The position numbers were made by a program, and so were the translations under genes. Positions 10,032 to 21,263 of a stretch of 64,000 bases of DNA are shown here, one piece after another. A model generated the notes under the pieces. It did no database searches. It was not told the DNA's origin and saw only the letters and a list, made by a program, of their open reading frames with translations. Numbering within the stretch: position 1 is the first letter of the stretch; each line of letters opens with the position of its first letter. Origin of the DNA: Nitrosopumilus sp. (lineage in GTDB: Archaea; Thermoproteota; Nitrososphaeria; Nitrososphaerales; Nitrosopumilaceae); NCBI GenBank assembly GCA_965223425.1, contig OZ245003.1:1376001-1440000 (forward strand). The letters run 5' to 3'.

Positions 10032-10832
10032 TTGTCACGCACGCAAAATAAAATTATAGTTAACAAACAAAACATATATGACCACTTTTCAACTGTCGCC
10101 TCAAAATACCGAAACATAAGAACACTTGACACAGAACCTATATCACATATCAAAAATCAGATAAACGGAAAAACCAAGATCAACATGGCAGATATTGGCT
10201 GCGGTGATGGACGATATTCATTAGAGCTCTTGAACCAACTTGGAGACAAATGTTATTTGCACTGCGTAGATTACAACGAAAACATGCTAAAATCATTGGA
10301 GAGATATCTTGTAGAGCAAAACACAACAAACTTTTGTACAAGACAGGGAGATGCAAGCCGGCTGCCGCTAGACAACGATTCGATGGATTGTATTGTTACC
10401 TTTAATGCAATACACCATTTTGATGTTCCAAAGTTTATGTCCGAATCGCTAAGATCACTCAAAGATGATGGACGTTTGTTTATCTATACCAGGCTAAGAA
10501 ATCAAAATTCTAGGAGCATTTGGGGAGAACACTTTCCATTATTTGTAGAGATGGAGGATCGCCTGTATGAGCTAGATGAATTAAAATCACACATACAAAA
10601 TGCAGATATGAACATCCATTCCATTAGAGTGTTTGGGTATTCTAGAACCACTAGTTTGGATAGACTGGTCCATCAATCTCAAAACAATCACTATTCCACC
10701 TTTGCCCTCTACGATAAAGAAACCTTTGACAAGTCTCTGAAAGTATTCCGACAAAACATCAAGGATAACTTTGATAATTTAGAGCAAATCAAATGGCATG
10801 ACGAGAATATTCTGATAGAAATTAGGAAATAA
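10032..10832 (+). CDS. Class I SAM-dependent methyltransferase
   Basis: ADIGCGDG motif I; GDASRLPL..DSMD; AIHHF. Confidence 0.9.
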   Translation: MSRTQNKIIVNKQNIYDHFSTVASKYRNIRTLDTEPISHIKNQINGKTKINMADIGCGDGRYSLELLNQLGDKCYLHCVDYNENMLKSLERYLVEQNTTNFCTRQGDASRLPLDNDSMDCIVTFNAIHHFDVPKFMSESLRSLKDDGRLFIYTRLRNQNSRSIWGEHFPLFVEMEDRLYELDELKSHIQNADMNIHSIRVFGYSRTTSLDRLVHQSQNNHYSTFALYDKETFDKSLKVFRQNIKDNFDNLEQIKWHDENILIEIRK

Positions 10833-11124
10833 TTCCAGAAAATCTGTTTTTTGAAACACTTGCAATCAGTCAAACATTCCTGTCTTTCCAATGCACTGAT
10901 CACTGTTCTTGGTAGCACTTGTTGCAAGTAACCATACACCCGCAACTGGAAATCCGTTTTAAATTTCTTTAAATTTGTTTTATTTTTATGAATTTACGAC
11001 ATTAATCGTAAACCATTAATTTTTTCTCTTCAAGTAGGCGTTGGGATATTATCTATTGTAGTCTCCGCGCGCTGTCAGATTTGAAGAGTCGGCAGATCCG
11101 CCTGCCTACAGCGGCAGGTTATTT

Positions 11125-12153
11125 AGACCTGATCTGTAATTACTAACAAAACCTGACGTTTCACCAAACTGATTCCTTGTTACGTCATGGTATCACAACA
11201 AAATCGCGCGTCTTCAGCTTGTAGTTGATCAGGCCGCAGATTATGGCATTGATGCAGTCATACCTGCACAGTCTGTTCCTAAACTTGTCCCTCATTATGC
11301 CGAATTTCTTGATCCTTGAGATGACATGCTCCACCAGTACCCTTGCTCTGGACAGCTCCCGGTTGAATTCCTTCTGCGCATCATCAAGCTTGCCGCCCCT
11401 TGGCTTCTTGTACGGGATCAACACGTCAAGCTCCGGATAGTCCTTCCGTATCCCCTGATATCCAAGATCCACAAGGATTTTCAGATCTCTTGAAAGTTTT
11501 GGGCACTTTGACTTGAAGACAGAATAGTCATGCCTGCTTCCAGGCGAGTGCGGCGTCCTGTGCATAATCATGCCGTCTGCGTTTACAACGTACTGTGTCT
11601 TGACCGTATGCATCTTCTTTTTGCCCGAATAGTGTGTTTTTCTCATGGACTTGTTCTTGGGCCTTTGAATCTGCTGCTCTGATGCGTCAATGATTGCGTG
11701 CAGCCCAGGAAAGGCGCATGCCAGCTCCCGAATGTCTGATATCTGTCTGGTCTCTGCAAGCTTTTTGTCAGGCAGTGACAGTGCAGACCTTATGGCAGGC
11801 TCCATGTATCGTATGCCGGTACTGACATTTGACTGGCTCAGGTCAAAAAGCAGGCTCAGGAGACCCTGTGTAACGTATGTCCTGTAGTGGATCAGTGCCA
11901 TCAGGATTCTGTCCCTGCGGCAGTGTTTGAACCTGCGCCCTGCGCCGATGTCTCGGATTCTGTTATTCCTGGAGAGGCGTCTTTCCTCCGTTATCTTGTA
12001 CTGTGACTCTATCTCCGGGCACAGATCATAAAACTGCCCGGGGGTAACTCCCGTCATGGACAGGAATAATTTTGGTTTTTTTGCCAGCTTTTTGTGGTTT
12101 AACATGACATGCATGGCATTTTGCCTGTTTTGGATCTAGTTGCGAACAAATAT
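11125..12153 (-). mobile_element. IS5-family (ISL2/DDE_Tnp_4-like) element; ends approximate
   Basis: Single transposase ORF; only imperfect candidate TIRs seen. Confidence 0.6.
11185..12114 (-). CDS. IS5-family DDE transposase
   Basis: IIDASEQQIQRP, YSGKKKMHTVK, VDLGYQG, RVLVEHVISRIK. Confidence 0.9.
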   Translation of the reverse strand: MHVMLNHKKLAKKPKLFLSMTGVTPGQFYDLCPEIESQYKITEERRLSRNNRIRDIGAGRRFKHCRRDRILMALIHYRTYVTQGLLSLLFDLSQSNVSTGIRYMEPAIRSALSLPDKKLAETRQISDIRELACAFPGLHAIIDASEQQIQRPKNKSMRKTHYSGKKKMHTVKTQYVVNADGMIMHRTPHSPGSRHDYSVFKSKCPKLSRDLKILVDLGYQGIRKDYPELDVLIPYKKPRGGKLDDAQKEFNRELSRARVLVEHVISRIKKFGIMRDKFRNRLCRYDCINAIICGLINYKLKTRDFVVIP

Positions 12154-12169
12154 CTGGAAAATGGTAAAA

Positions 12170-12655
12170 TTATGTTAATAACGGATAGGGTCTTTTGTTT
12201 AGCCACTTTATCAGGGCCTTGTCTGGGTCTGCAAGCTCGGCTATGCTGGTGTAGTACCAGTCTTGCCAGCCGTTTTCTGGCAGGCCGGCAAACAGCATCA
12301 GGTTGAGCGGATACACGCTGCTGTCAGTGCACCTCCGAAAGTCGTCACGGAACAAAAAGACCTCCTTGCCCCATGCAACGGCCATGCCAAGCTCGATCAT
12401 TACGCCCTCGTCTGGCGGCGTCCCATTAACTACTGCAAAGATGCCGTCTGCGTCCCTGACATCCTGCATGTCGGCACGGCCGATTTTGTAGGGGCTGCCA
12501 ACTGCTGGCACGCCGTCCTGATTGTTTCGCTCAAACGGCTCCCACACTTCTGCTCCCAGATCGTTTAGCGTCCTTACAAGGTCTTGCAGCGGTCCTGCTT
12601 TTTGCTGCTCAGAGAATCCGTACGGGTTTGCAAGATAGAGTGCCTTCTTTGCCAT
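12170..12655 (-). CDS. Nucleoside 2-deoxyribosyltransferase family protein
   Basis: LYLANPYGFS...D..DVRDAD...PDEGVMIELGMA...NLM; start reassigned to ATG at 12655. Confidence 0.85.
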   Translation of the reverse strand: MAKKALYLANPYGFSEQQKAGPLQDLVRTLNDLGAEVWEPFERNNQDGVPAVGSPYKIGRADMQDVRDADGIFAVVNGTPPDEGVMIELGMAVAWGKEVFLFRDDFRRCTDSSVYPLNLMLFAGLPENGWQDWYYTSIAELADPDKALIKWLNKRPYPLLT

Positions 12656-12781
12656 CTGGGGAATCCCTTTCTTGTCTTTTATTTGTGTTTGGAGACATGA
12701 GATGTAAGAGGCTAGGTTAGTCACGAACTCAAACATTCTAGATCATACTGATCCAAATTCGATGATCCCTGATTCTGTCTA

Positions 12782-15302
12782 ATGAGTGACTCGGAGATCA
12801 AGATATTACGGGATGCTCTGGCAAGGGCGTTTGCTGAAAACGACAACTTGCGAAAGATTGTCAGCCAGTTGGCAGGCGATGTAAAAAAATTACAGGCAAG
12901 GGAAGCCGAGAAGGATTTGACAATAGCGGAACTAAAGAGGCGCGTAGCGTTCTACGAGAATCCGCACTCACCGCCGTCGGCAAACTCCATTCCCACGCGC
13001 CGAAAAAAGGCAGACCGTGCAAAAGGCAGTTCCTCCTCCTCCTCCCCTCCAAACAAGGGCGGAGCAAAGGCAGGCCACGTCGGCGCATCCCACAAGAGAA
13101 GGCCTGATCACACAACGGTGCACAGGCCAAAGAAATGCGCAAAGTGCGGCAGCAAAGGCATTACAGTTACAAAAACCACGACAAAGATGACAGTCGACAT
13201 TCCGGAGATTCCAAGGACCGTATCCACAAACAACGTCATACATAGTTAGCACATTAAATAATTGAACATTTTCACAGGCAGGATCTCCTTTCTGGCAAAC
13301 AGCGTGCGTACTGACTGCTCCATCTCATCTAGCGTGCCAAACACCTTTGCAGACAGTACCCGCTTTATCACCCTCCACTGCATCTCAATGGGATTAAGCT
13401 CCGGCGTGTACGGCAGCAGGTACTCCAGAACTATCTCGCCGTTGTATCTTTCCAGAAACTCCTTTACCTTTTTGGATTTGTGATATGACGCATTGTCTAC
13501 AAACAGCAGCACCCTGCCGAATCTTTTGTGAACCCGTTCCAAAAAGCTGCAAAAGCCGTCGCTGTCTGGCTTTTCATAAGACATAAGGTAAAATGCGCTT
13601 GCTGACAGGACTCCAAAGATGTATCTTCTCTTGCGTGACAAAACAGAGGGGGATGTGGCGCGCTTGCCGCGCCTTCTCCATCCGTAGCCGGGCCTGTTTG
13701 ATGCCTTTTGAATCGAGGATGCATCGCCGGCCAGTACGGTGTATCCCTGCGCCGACTTTTCTGCAACGAGTTTTTTTGCCCGCTCCTGAAACTCTTTTTG
13801 CTTTCTTTTTGAGGCTGATCTTGGGTTTTTTGGACGCGCCTTGCTCCACGAAAAGCCCATCTCCTTGATCAGTTGCAGCACGCCTGCCTTGCTGTACTGC
13901 ACGCCGAACTTTCGCTTGATGTGCAGCCTTGCGAGGTTGGAATCCCACAGGCTGCTCTCAAAGCCGCATGATTCTGGCCCCGCATCCAGGTCTGCTGCAA
14001 GCTGTCTTGTCTGCAGTCCGTCTAGCAGGTGCTTTCGTCCCCTGCCGCTGCGCTCGAACCTTGCGCGTATTCCCTCGTCTTGTGCGCGGTTGAGCCATGC
14101 AGATATGGTGGACTTGGGCCTTCCCAGCATTCTTCCGATCCTGTCTAGCGGCACGCCGTCCTTGCGCTGCATGTACGCAAGCAGCCTGTCGCGCCTTCTG
14201 GGATCGGTCTCTTTTTTGTATGCCCTTTTGAGGTCTGCAACGCCGGTGTTTGGCAGAAATTTTGCCCCCCTTGCAACCTGTCTCTTTTTTTGTTTGTACA
14301 TGCAGTGTGTGCGGTATGGCCGGTCTTGGATCTTTTGGCCAAAAATAATTGTCAAAATGATTCAGTTTTTTTATGTGCATACTACAGCACTGCACCTGCA
14401 GGTGCGGACATGTCACAACACCCCAGGTCGGAATAGACGGAACATCGATTGGCAAGAACCTCATGACAATAATCATGTCGATGTATAAACAAGGCTGCAG
14501 CCTGAACTCAATCAGGGAGGCAGCAAGCCTGTATGACACGTCAATCTGCAAAAAAACAATACAAAACGCGCTGTTTGCATTAGGAGGAGCGTTGGAGTCA
14601 GAGGTAGAGTCATGGAAAGAAAATATTGGCAGATCAAAATACCTGAAACTTGATGAGACGTCATATACAATATACGACAAACTGGGATATGTCTGGGTAT
14701 GCATCGGTGATGATGCGGTACTGATTCATGTGGACAGAAGCAGGGCCGCTGCCGTACTGGATATTCACTTTCCTCACTGGGATATTCCCGTGACAGTCGA
14801 CGGTTATGCGGCATACAACAGTTTCAGAACAATTCAACGGTGCTGGTCACACATACTGTGTGATGCCGAATTTGAACAGGATGATGGTGATGATGATGAT
14901 GATGATGATGAACCAAAAACCATGCTGTATGAGAAACTGCGTTTGCTATACCACGATGCAAAGCAGGTTGCGCTGCGGCCTGACGCGCACACGCATTATG
15001 ACTCGTTTGTGATCTCCTGCACGGCAATTGCGGATTCGTACAAGGGCTGTCCGGACTGCAAGTTCGGAGACAAGCTGGAAAAGGCCACACCAAACCTGTT
15101 TACGTTTCTAAAGCATCCCGGAATGGATCCCACAAACAACGAATCAGAAAGGATGCTTCGCCGGGTCGTCATATCGCGCAAGATTAGACAGCGTCTTGTC
15201 ACCGAAGCAGGCATGAAGGTATTTGGCATACTTGTGAGCTGCTTGCTGACATGGCAGAAAAGGGGCACCAGCATTCAAGAAGAGATACTGAGACTGTACT
15301 AG
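12782..15302 (+). pseudogene. IS66 transposase split by IS630 insertion
   Basis: N-half coiled coil + NPHSPPS + CAKCG; C-half LDET, VDGYAAY, QRCWSH, TNNESERMLR. Confidence 0.9.
13243..14384 (-). mobile_element. IS630-family element A, copy 2 (intact transposase 13246-14355)
   Basis: Uninterrupted 369 aa ORF; ends TAGTTAGCACAT / ATGTGCATACTA. Confidence 0.93.
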
Positions 15303-15411
15303 AGACCTAGCCTCTTACCATGAGATTTAGGTGCAGTCGCGCGTTGAGATAATCTTGCATTGCGGTAATTTACAGACCTGCAGATGCCCTCTGAAATGAC
15401 ATGCGCTTTTT

Positions 15412-15636
15412 CTAGATGTTCACATCAAAGCCTGCGCCCAACTCGGGAAAGGATGCAGCAAGGATGACATTCAAGACTATGCCCACTACCATCAACACAA
15501 TTCCTAGGTACAGGCAGTTTTTTGCCTTTGCAGGATCATCTTGTCGCAAGACAAAGAACGCAATGATGCCGCCGACAATTCCCAAGAAGATTGGCAGCAA
15601 AAACCACGCGTTGCTTCTTTTTTTAGTGTCGCTCAT
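15412..15636 (-). CDS. Small two-TM hypothetical protein
   Basis: WFLLPIFLGIVGGIIA...DDPAKAKNCL; stop/start overlap with upstream ORF. Confidence 0.75.
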   Translation of the reverse strand: MSDTKKRSNAWFLLPIFLGIVGGIIAFFVLRQDDPAKAKNCLYLGIVLMVVGIVLNVILAASFPELGAGFDVNI

Positions 15637-15902
15637 CTCGCCCCCCGTCCTTCACTACTTGGCCGTCGCGTTTTTTTCTGCGTCTGCGTGATCTCAATTT
15701 CGACTGTCTCTAGTGGTGCTTCTACTTGGTTACGCCGGATTGAGAACATCTTTGGCTTTTCAAAGTCATCTGTGCAGTCAGGACACGCATAAACCAGTAT
15801 CCTGTGCTCGTTTGGCGCCTTGGGGTTTGAAAGCCTGGGATAATACACAAGTCTGGCGCCACAGTCGACACAATACCTGTTGGCACGTCTAGTTCTGACC
15901 AA
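15633..15902 (-). CDS. Small zinc-ribbon hypothetical protein
   Basis: CVDCG...CPDC. Confidence 0.7.
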   Translation of the reverse strand: MVRTRRANRYCVDCGARLVYYPRLSNPKAPNEHRILVYACPDCTDDFEKPKMFSIRRNQVEAPLETVEIEITQTQKKTRRPSSEGRGAR

Positions 15903-16127
15903 CGTAAACCTCCTGCATTATTCTCAATATGCGATCAACTATTAGATCTATGTTGTCTAATAGAGTAAACCAAGTTGTGTTACCCGATCAATTTTTTTGA
16001 GGATTTGTGGATAGGTTCTGGTAAATTCTAGTGTAATAGTTCGAGTTTCTGAAGTGCCGTGCCTAAATTGAATGTAAAATCTGTGATTTTGATGTGTTTT
16101 ACGCATGCAACTTCATAAACTCGATCA

Positions 16128-17645
16128 GTTACACATTCCCATCAGGAGTGCCACAGAGTCATGACAGACATCATACCGAAGCAGTACCGCAAGAGATGGG
16201 GCATCGAGACGGGGTTTCGCGTCATAAAGGAAATCATGGGCAGGACATACAGCAACTCCCTGGCTGTGAGGCTGCTGATGTTTTATCTGCCGCTGCTGCT
16301 TCTGTACAACATGTGGAGGATTGCCAGGTTCTGCCTTGGTGCAGGAAAGATGTATGGAGGAGTGTCTTCTGCGGGGAAAAAACTTACCATAGCGCTGTTT
16401 ATCGTGTACATTACAGGCAGGAACGAGCTGTTTGTCAATGATCGAGGCAAGTAGAACCGGTGCCATAGTCAACATACTAAATAATCGCTCAGCTTGACGG
16501 GAAATATCACGTTCTTCCTGATCATCTTGCGGATTGACTTTACCATCTCGCGCGTGTTGTCGTATACCCTGTTGCCGATCGCGTCCCTCATCACGTTCCA
16601 CTGCGGCTCCTCCGAGTTCAGTTCCGGCGTGTGCGGCAGATAGTACCTCAGCTTCACCTCCCCGTTGAACTCCATGAGCCCGTCCCGCACGGCAGCCGAC
16701 CTGTGCCACGACGCGTTGTCCACGAACACAAGCACCGGCCCGAACCTGCGGTGCAGGTGCCTCAGGAATGCGAGGAACGCTTCGCTGTTCTGCGCGTCAC
16801 AGAATCTGAAGCAGAGCTCGCCGTCGCCCAGCGCGCCGAACACGTGCTTCTTCTTTCTGGAGAGCGTGACTGGCGCCGTCCTCTTTGTGCCGCGGAGCTG
16901 CCACCCGTATCGGGGCCTCCTGTCCCCTATCGTCAGGGTGCATTCGTCGGCAGTCAGGACGGTATAGCCCAGCCTGCGGTACCTGAGGGCGATCCGCCGC
17001 GCTTTTTTTTTAAACTCGCTGATCTCGCGCTCCGAGGCCGCCTTCGGGTTCCTGGGGCGCAGCTTGCGCCACGACAGGCCGAGCCTTGAGAGCAGCTTGT
17101 GCACCCCGTTGAGCGAGTACGCCGCGCCGAACTTCCTCTCGATGTGCGCGCAGACGATCCTCGCCGTCCACAGCCGGGTCTCAAACCCGCAGTTCTCAGG
17201 TCCCGCTACAAGATCTGCGAGCAGCTCCGCCCTCTGGGACTCGTCGAGCCTGCACGGGCATCCCGGCCTGCCGCGGTCGCGGCGGCCGCGCAGGCCGCCG
17301 TCCCTTGCTCGCACCAGCCAGTCCCGTACTGTGGAGTAGCTGCGGTTTGTCCGCGCGGCGATGCCGCGTATGCTCATGCCCTCCTTCCGCATCATGTACA
17401 CGAGGAGCCTGTCCCGTGCCTTGGGGTCAGTCTCCCTCTTGTGGCACTCCCTCAAATAACCTGTGCCTGTGCCCTTCAGAAAGCCGGATCCCCTCTCCAA
17501 ATTCCTAGGTTTCTTCATAGAGTGGCTGGGAATCCGCATGATCTAGATCCTTCGGTCAAAAAACATTCCCAAAAGGATCAAGATCGATTATATATTATGG
17601 GCACTACAGTTGCGGTTGCGGTAAATCTACATCTGGGAACTACTG
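16128..17645 (+). mobile_element. 3' fragment of the ISH3 element seen at 2320-3685, interrupted by an IS630
   Basis: 16161-16454 encodes a near-identical transposase C-terminus; TIR resumes at 17607-17645. Confidence 0.85.
16466..17606 (-). mobile_element. IS630-family element B (transposase 16469-17539)
   Basis: TADE, VDNASWH, PHTPELNSEE; ends TAGTCAACATA / TATGGGCACTA. Confidence 0.9.
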
Positions 17646-17882
17646 ATATAGTTAACAGTGTATAATTTGCTATTTTTTTTATGGCATCAGTATAACCCTC
17701 TGCCGAACTTGTTAAATCTTCACTCATGGGATGTGTTGGAACCTCTGTTACATTATTTTTGATGGCACAAGACATGATGTGACAAATACCAGTTGTCCTG
17801 ATCATCAAAATTCAACAGCATGTTTTTGACATCATCATCATCTGAGAATGACGTTTTTTGCAAATCCTTGGATTCCTCATAC

Positions 17883-18746
17883 TCAGATAACTGCCTGGCA
17901 TATCTCAATCCATCCGCTCTTGTATGTCTTAAAGTGCACGTTGTGTCCCGTCCTGCTCTTCTCCATGTCCTTCATGCGGTATCTCCGGATGACACATCCG
18001 CCAATCTTCTTAACGTGCATCCTAACGTCATCTGCATCATATCTTACAGTATGGTGTGTCTTCGGGTTGCCGCTCTTCTTTTGGATTGCCCCAAAAACCT
18101 GCTCTGATATCTGCTGCCTTTTTTTGGCAATTCCTTCTTGCGGTACCATGTATTCCAGTATCAACACGTTTCTCCTGTCTGCCGTCTTGAATGCAGCAAC
18201 AAGATCCCATAATTTTTTTCTGCTCAAATAGTACGATATTCCCTCAAGCACCAAAACCGACGGCCTGCTGCTGCCCCATCCGTTTTTTCTCATGCAGTCC
18301 AGAACTTTTTTTGAGTCATTCAGATCAGAGAGAACACACCTGATTGGGCTTGGGCCGTATGCCTTTCTGATGAGCCTTTCTTTGAGCCCCATGTGCGAAT
18401 AATCAACATCATAGGCATCAACGTTTCTGGCACGCGATACTGTCTCCAGGGACAGGGCATCCATGCCGCTGCCCAAGACTGCCAGCTGCGTGATCCTCTC
18501 TCCTATGACATGGTGAAGAACCAGATCCATGATGCATCTCTTCCTGTTCTTTATCACCTCGCCGTAGTGCGGCCATATCCTGTCGCACTCAGAGTAAAGC
18601 GCCCTGCCTGAATCAAGATTCAGCATGCCCAGATATTTTTTGGAATGTTTGCTTGTGTGGACTGCCCCGTCAGTTAGGAGCAGTACTAGAGCCGACGTAT
18701 CTGACAAGTTACGGGTTCTCAATCGTACTGACTCTGACTGCACCAT
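17883..18746 (-). CDS. Leucine-carboxyl-methyltransferase-like SAM-dependent methyltransferase
   Basis: QLAVLGSGMD, YDVD, LVLEGISYYL motifs. Confidence 0.75.
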   Translation of the reverse strand: MVQSESVRLRTRNLSDTSALVLLLTDGAVHTSKHSKKYLGMLNLDSGRALYSECDRIWPHYGEVIKNRKRCIMDLVLHHVIGERITQLAVLGSGMDALSLETVSRARNVDAYDVDYSHMGLKERLIRKAYGPSPIRCVLSDLNDSKKVLDCMRKNGWGSSRPSVLVLEGISYYLSRKKLWDLVAAFKTADRRNVLILEYMVPQEGIAKKRQQISEQVFGAIQKKSGNPKTHHTVRYDADDVRMHVKKIGGCVIRRYRMKDMEKSRTGHNVHFKTYKSGWIEICQAVI

Positions 18747-18748
18747 TC

Positions 18749-19067
18749 TTAAACCATCAGAAGACCGTTCTTTTTCTTATTTTGACAATCATCTTGGCTC
18801 TGTGTGATCCTCGAGACCCAAAACATGAATTTTCTCCGAATTGAAGTTTTGTGGTTATTGAGAATCCGTGCTTTTACTATTTCTATTTCTTTTATTCCAA
18901 ATTTGTGTTTATGTAAAACTCTAGATATCTCTTCAAGTAATTCATGCGATGTTATCAAAATAAATGTATTTGTTGTGCATTATCGCTGCTTCCAAAAGAG
19001 CTCGAGGTTTTCCACCGCCAATTATTGCACTGATGATGACATTAGTGTCTAACACTATTTGATACAT
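18749..19067 (-). pseudogene. PIN-domain (VapC-like) toxin, frameshifted/truncated
   Basis: MYQIVLDTNVIISAI.GGGKP; ITSHELLEEISRVL continues in another frame. Confidence 0.75.
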
Positions 19068-19075
19068 ACGAGTTG

Positions 19076-19351
19076 TTATTGTATCGTGTGTTTTTCCTTT
19101 CTGTATTTTTGGATCTCATCTAAAACGTCTTCCTCGGAAATGTTTAGATTTTTATTAAAAGTTTTTCTAAAGATAGACTCTCTGTCTTGTTTACTGTCCG
19201 GTATCTGTAAGATCTTGATTATTCTGGTGTTTTTATTGTACACAATTTTGAATTTAATTGGAGCAGTCAACCCTATTTTTTTTCTGAATTGTTCAGGTAT
19301 TATGATCTGGCCTTCTTCTCCCATAGTTATTATTGTAAGATCCTGTGGCAT
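19076..19351 (-). CDS. AbrB/MazE-type antitoxin
   Basis: MGEEGQIIIPEQFRKKIGL; directly upstream of the PIN gene. Confidence 0.8.
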   Translation of the reverse strand: MPQDLTIITMGEEGQIIIPEQFRKKIGLTAPIKFKIVYNKNTRIIKILQIPDSKQDRESIFRKTFNKNLNISEEDVLDEIQKYRKEKHTIQ

Positions 19352-19498
19352 CTTCTATTCAACAGTGTTTTATTTTCTTACTTAATAAAGACGAATCTAC
19401 CGTGAAGATTTTTTCTTAGGATTTGGACATCATATACAAGTCAGAGTCATAATGATGTGTTTTTGAAGAGCAACATATACACGCATTAAAGATGGGTC

Positions 19499-19688
19499 AA
19501 TCCCAGCAAGAATTGGTGCAATTGAAAAACAAGTTGATGATTCACTAACTAAACTTGAATCCCTTAAAAAAAGCGTACTCGAAAAAGCTTTTGAAGGTAA
19601 TCTAGCATCACAGGATCCAAATGATGAGCCAGCATCCATTCTTTTAGAAAGAATCAAACAAGAGAAATCGCTCATTCAGAAAAAATAA
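19499..19688 (+). pseudogene. Orphan hsdS C-terminal fragment
   Basis: LKKSVLEKAFEGNLASQDPNDEPASILLERIKQEK, similar to the C-terminus of hsdS at 22395. Confidence 0.8.
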
Positions 19689-19713
19689 ATTTATACTTTT
19701 TATTATGATTGTG

Positions 19714-19938
19714 TCACAATATCTTTAAAAATTCTTCTAGAGTTAATCCAGTTTGTTTTATTATGGAGCGTAACGTCCCCCTTGCTATTTCTTTGTGATT
19801 TGGCACAGTTATTCTTCTATGCGGATAATCTTTATTTCTCAATATTATGTGACTGCCTGTTTGATGATCAACATTATATCAAATTTTGTGTAATATCTTG
19901 AGTAATTCTCTTGCAGAAATAATAGGTAGTTTAGACAT
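19714..19938 (-). pseudogene. hicA: HicA toxin with in-frame stop
   Basis: MSKLPIISARELLKILHKI*YNVDHQTGSHIIL...TVPNHKEIARGTLRSII. Confidence 0.85.
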
Positions 19939-20143
19939 GTATCTCTACAGTTTCTTCATCAATAGAGAAAGGAATTGGTTCATTATGTTTTTTTAGACTT
20001 GTAATATATCCTGAAATGGCATCTTTGATATTGTCTATTGCCAACTCTCTTGTGTCGCCTTGAGATATACATCCAGGAAGTTCTGGAACCTCTGATACAA
20101 ACATCCCGTCCTCGTCCTGCTTTATGAATATTCTAAATTTCAT
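19931..20143 (-). CDS. hicB: HicB antitoxin
   Basis: EVPELPGCISQGDTRELAIDNIKDAI. Confidence 0.9.
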   Translation of the reverse strand: MKFRIFIKQDEDGMFVSEVPELPGCISQGDTRELAIDNIKDAISGYITSLKKHNEPIPFSIDEETVEIHV

Positions 20144-20222
20144 ATGCTTTGTTAGATACGTTTAGTATAAAAAATTGAACCATACAAAATCATTACGAGT
20201 ATCATAAAATATGATTCATGCC

Positions 20223-21152
20223 TTAAATCTCTAGTTTAGACATGACTTTCTTAAATTCTACAAATAATTCACTTGGTGTAGGAGTAAAATAAACGCCATC
20301 AAGACCGTTTTTGTGGCCCATCAGCTTTTCTGCAATGTTATAGTTTACCGAATTGTCCAGCTTTAGTATCGTGTTGAATCTCTTTCTAAAGCCATGGTCT
20401 GCCTGGACTTCATAGCGGTTGCCACGCTTGCAACGGTCTATCTTGCTTTTGGATATGGCTCTGTATATTGCGGATCTTGCGCCACTCCATCCAAGCTGTT
20501 GTACAGATACCAGATTTTGCGTTGCAAAGACTGGCGTGTCATCATGGAATGCTTCTCCGTACTGTTGTTTGCGATAATCGTGATATGCATCAAGTGCCTT
20601 TGATGCCTGTGGTGTAAGAAATGTCCAGTATTCCTCAACATGTCCTGCATACAGTCTTACTGCCTTGCATCTGTGTGGCATCTTTTTTAGGTGTCTTATG
20701 GATAACGCATGATCAAAGATGCCGATTCGCGCGCCAGTTGATGCCAGAAAGTGAACCAATGCAGTATCCCTGAGGTTTTTTGTGTTCTTTAGCATCATGG
20801 TTATTTCATCTGTGGTGTATGACCTTAGGTTTCGGGTTTTTTGTTTTGGTGGGAACATCCTGCGTATTATGTCCCAGTTCAGATTTATCCGGTTCATTAT
20901 GCAAAAATGCCTTATTCCCTGAAATTTTGAGGGAATGGAGTTTGGGTTCGTGTTGTGCTTTAGCCTGATCAGGTAGTCCTCTACTAGTTGCTGCAGGCGT
21001 TCTTTGTCCATGTTAAGCAGCTCGGCGTTGTTCTCAAGCCCTGAAAATTTCTTGAATTCCCTGAGATGGGCTACATAGTTTCTTTTTGTATACTTTGATT
21101 TTATTCCTTCCTCAAAGAGCATTGTGCTTCTTGGCATAACGGAGCTGAGCAT
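20223..21152 (-). CDS. Tyrosine recombinase / integrase
   Basis: Catalytic set: STGAR, HGFRKRF, LMGH, Y (DGVY). Confidence 0.9.
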   Translation of the reverse strand: MLSSVMPRSTMLFEEGIKSKYTKRNYVAHLREFKKFSGLENNAELLNMDKERLQQLVEDYLIRLKHNTNPNSIPSKFQGIRHFCIMNRINLNWDIIRRMFPPKQKTRNLRSYTTDEITMMLKNTKNLRDTALVHFLASTGARIGIFDHALSIRHLKKMPHRCKAVRLYAGHVEEYWTFLTPQASKALDAYHDYRKQQYGEAFHDDTPVFATQNLVSVQQLGWSGARSAIYRAISKSKIDRCKRGNRYEVQADHGFRKRFNTILKLDNSVNYNIAEKLMGHKNGLDGVYFTPTPSELFVEFKKVMSKLEI

Positions 21153-21263
21153 GTTGCATTCTTACATAGTTCTTATTTTTGCACAGGCGTTTTAGGATAT
21201 GATTTTAATTGTTTTATTTTTCTGATATTGATGTTTGATTTGTATGGGTTTTCCAGCGTTCTA

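Larger units (their letters stand above)
12704..15318 (+). mobile_element. IS66-family element interrupted by IS630
   Basis: TIR GTAAGAGGCTAGGT / ACCTAGCCTCTTAC; 8-bp TSD CATGAGAT at 12696-12703 and 15319-15326. Confidence 0.93.

Noticed and set aside
14879-14910. Poly-Asp (GAT)n in the IS66 transposase and antisense poly-His ORF
   Set aside because: Simple microsatellite in a dead transposase; the antisense ORF is a shadow
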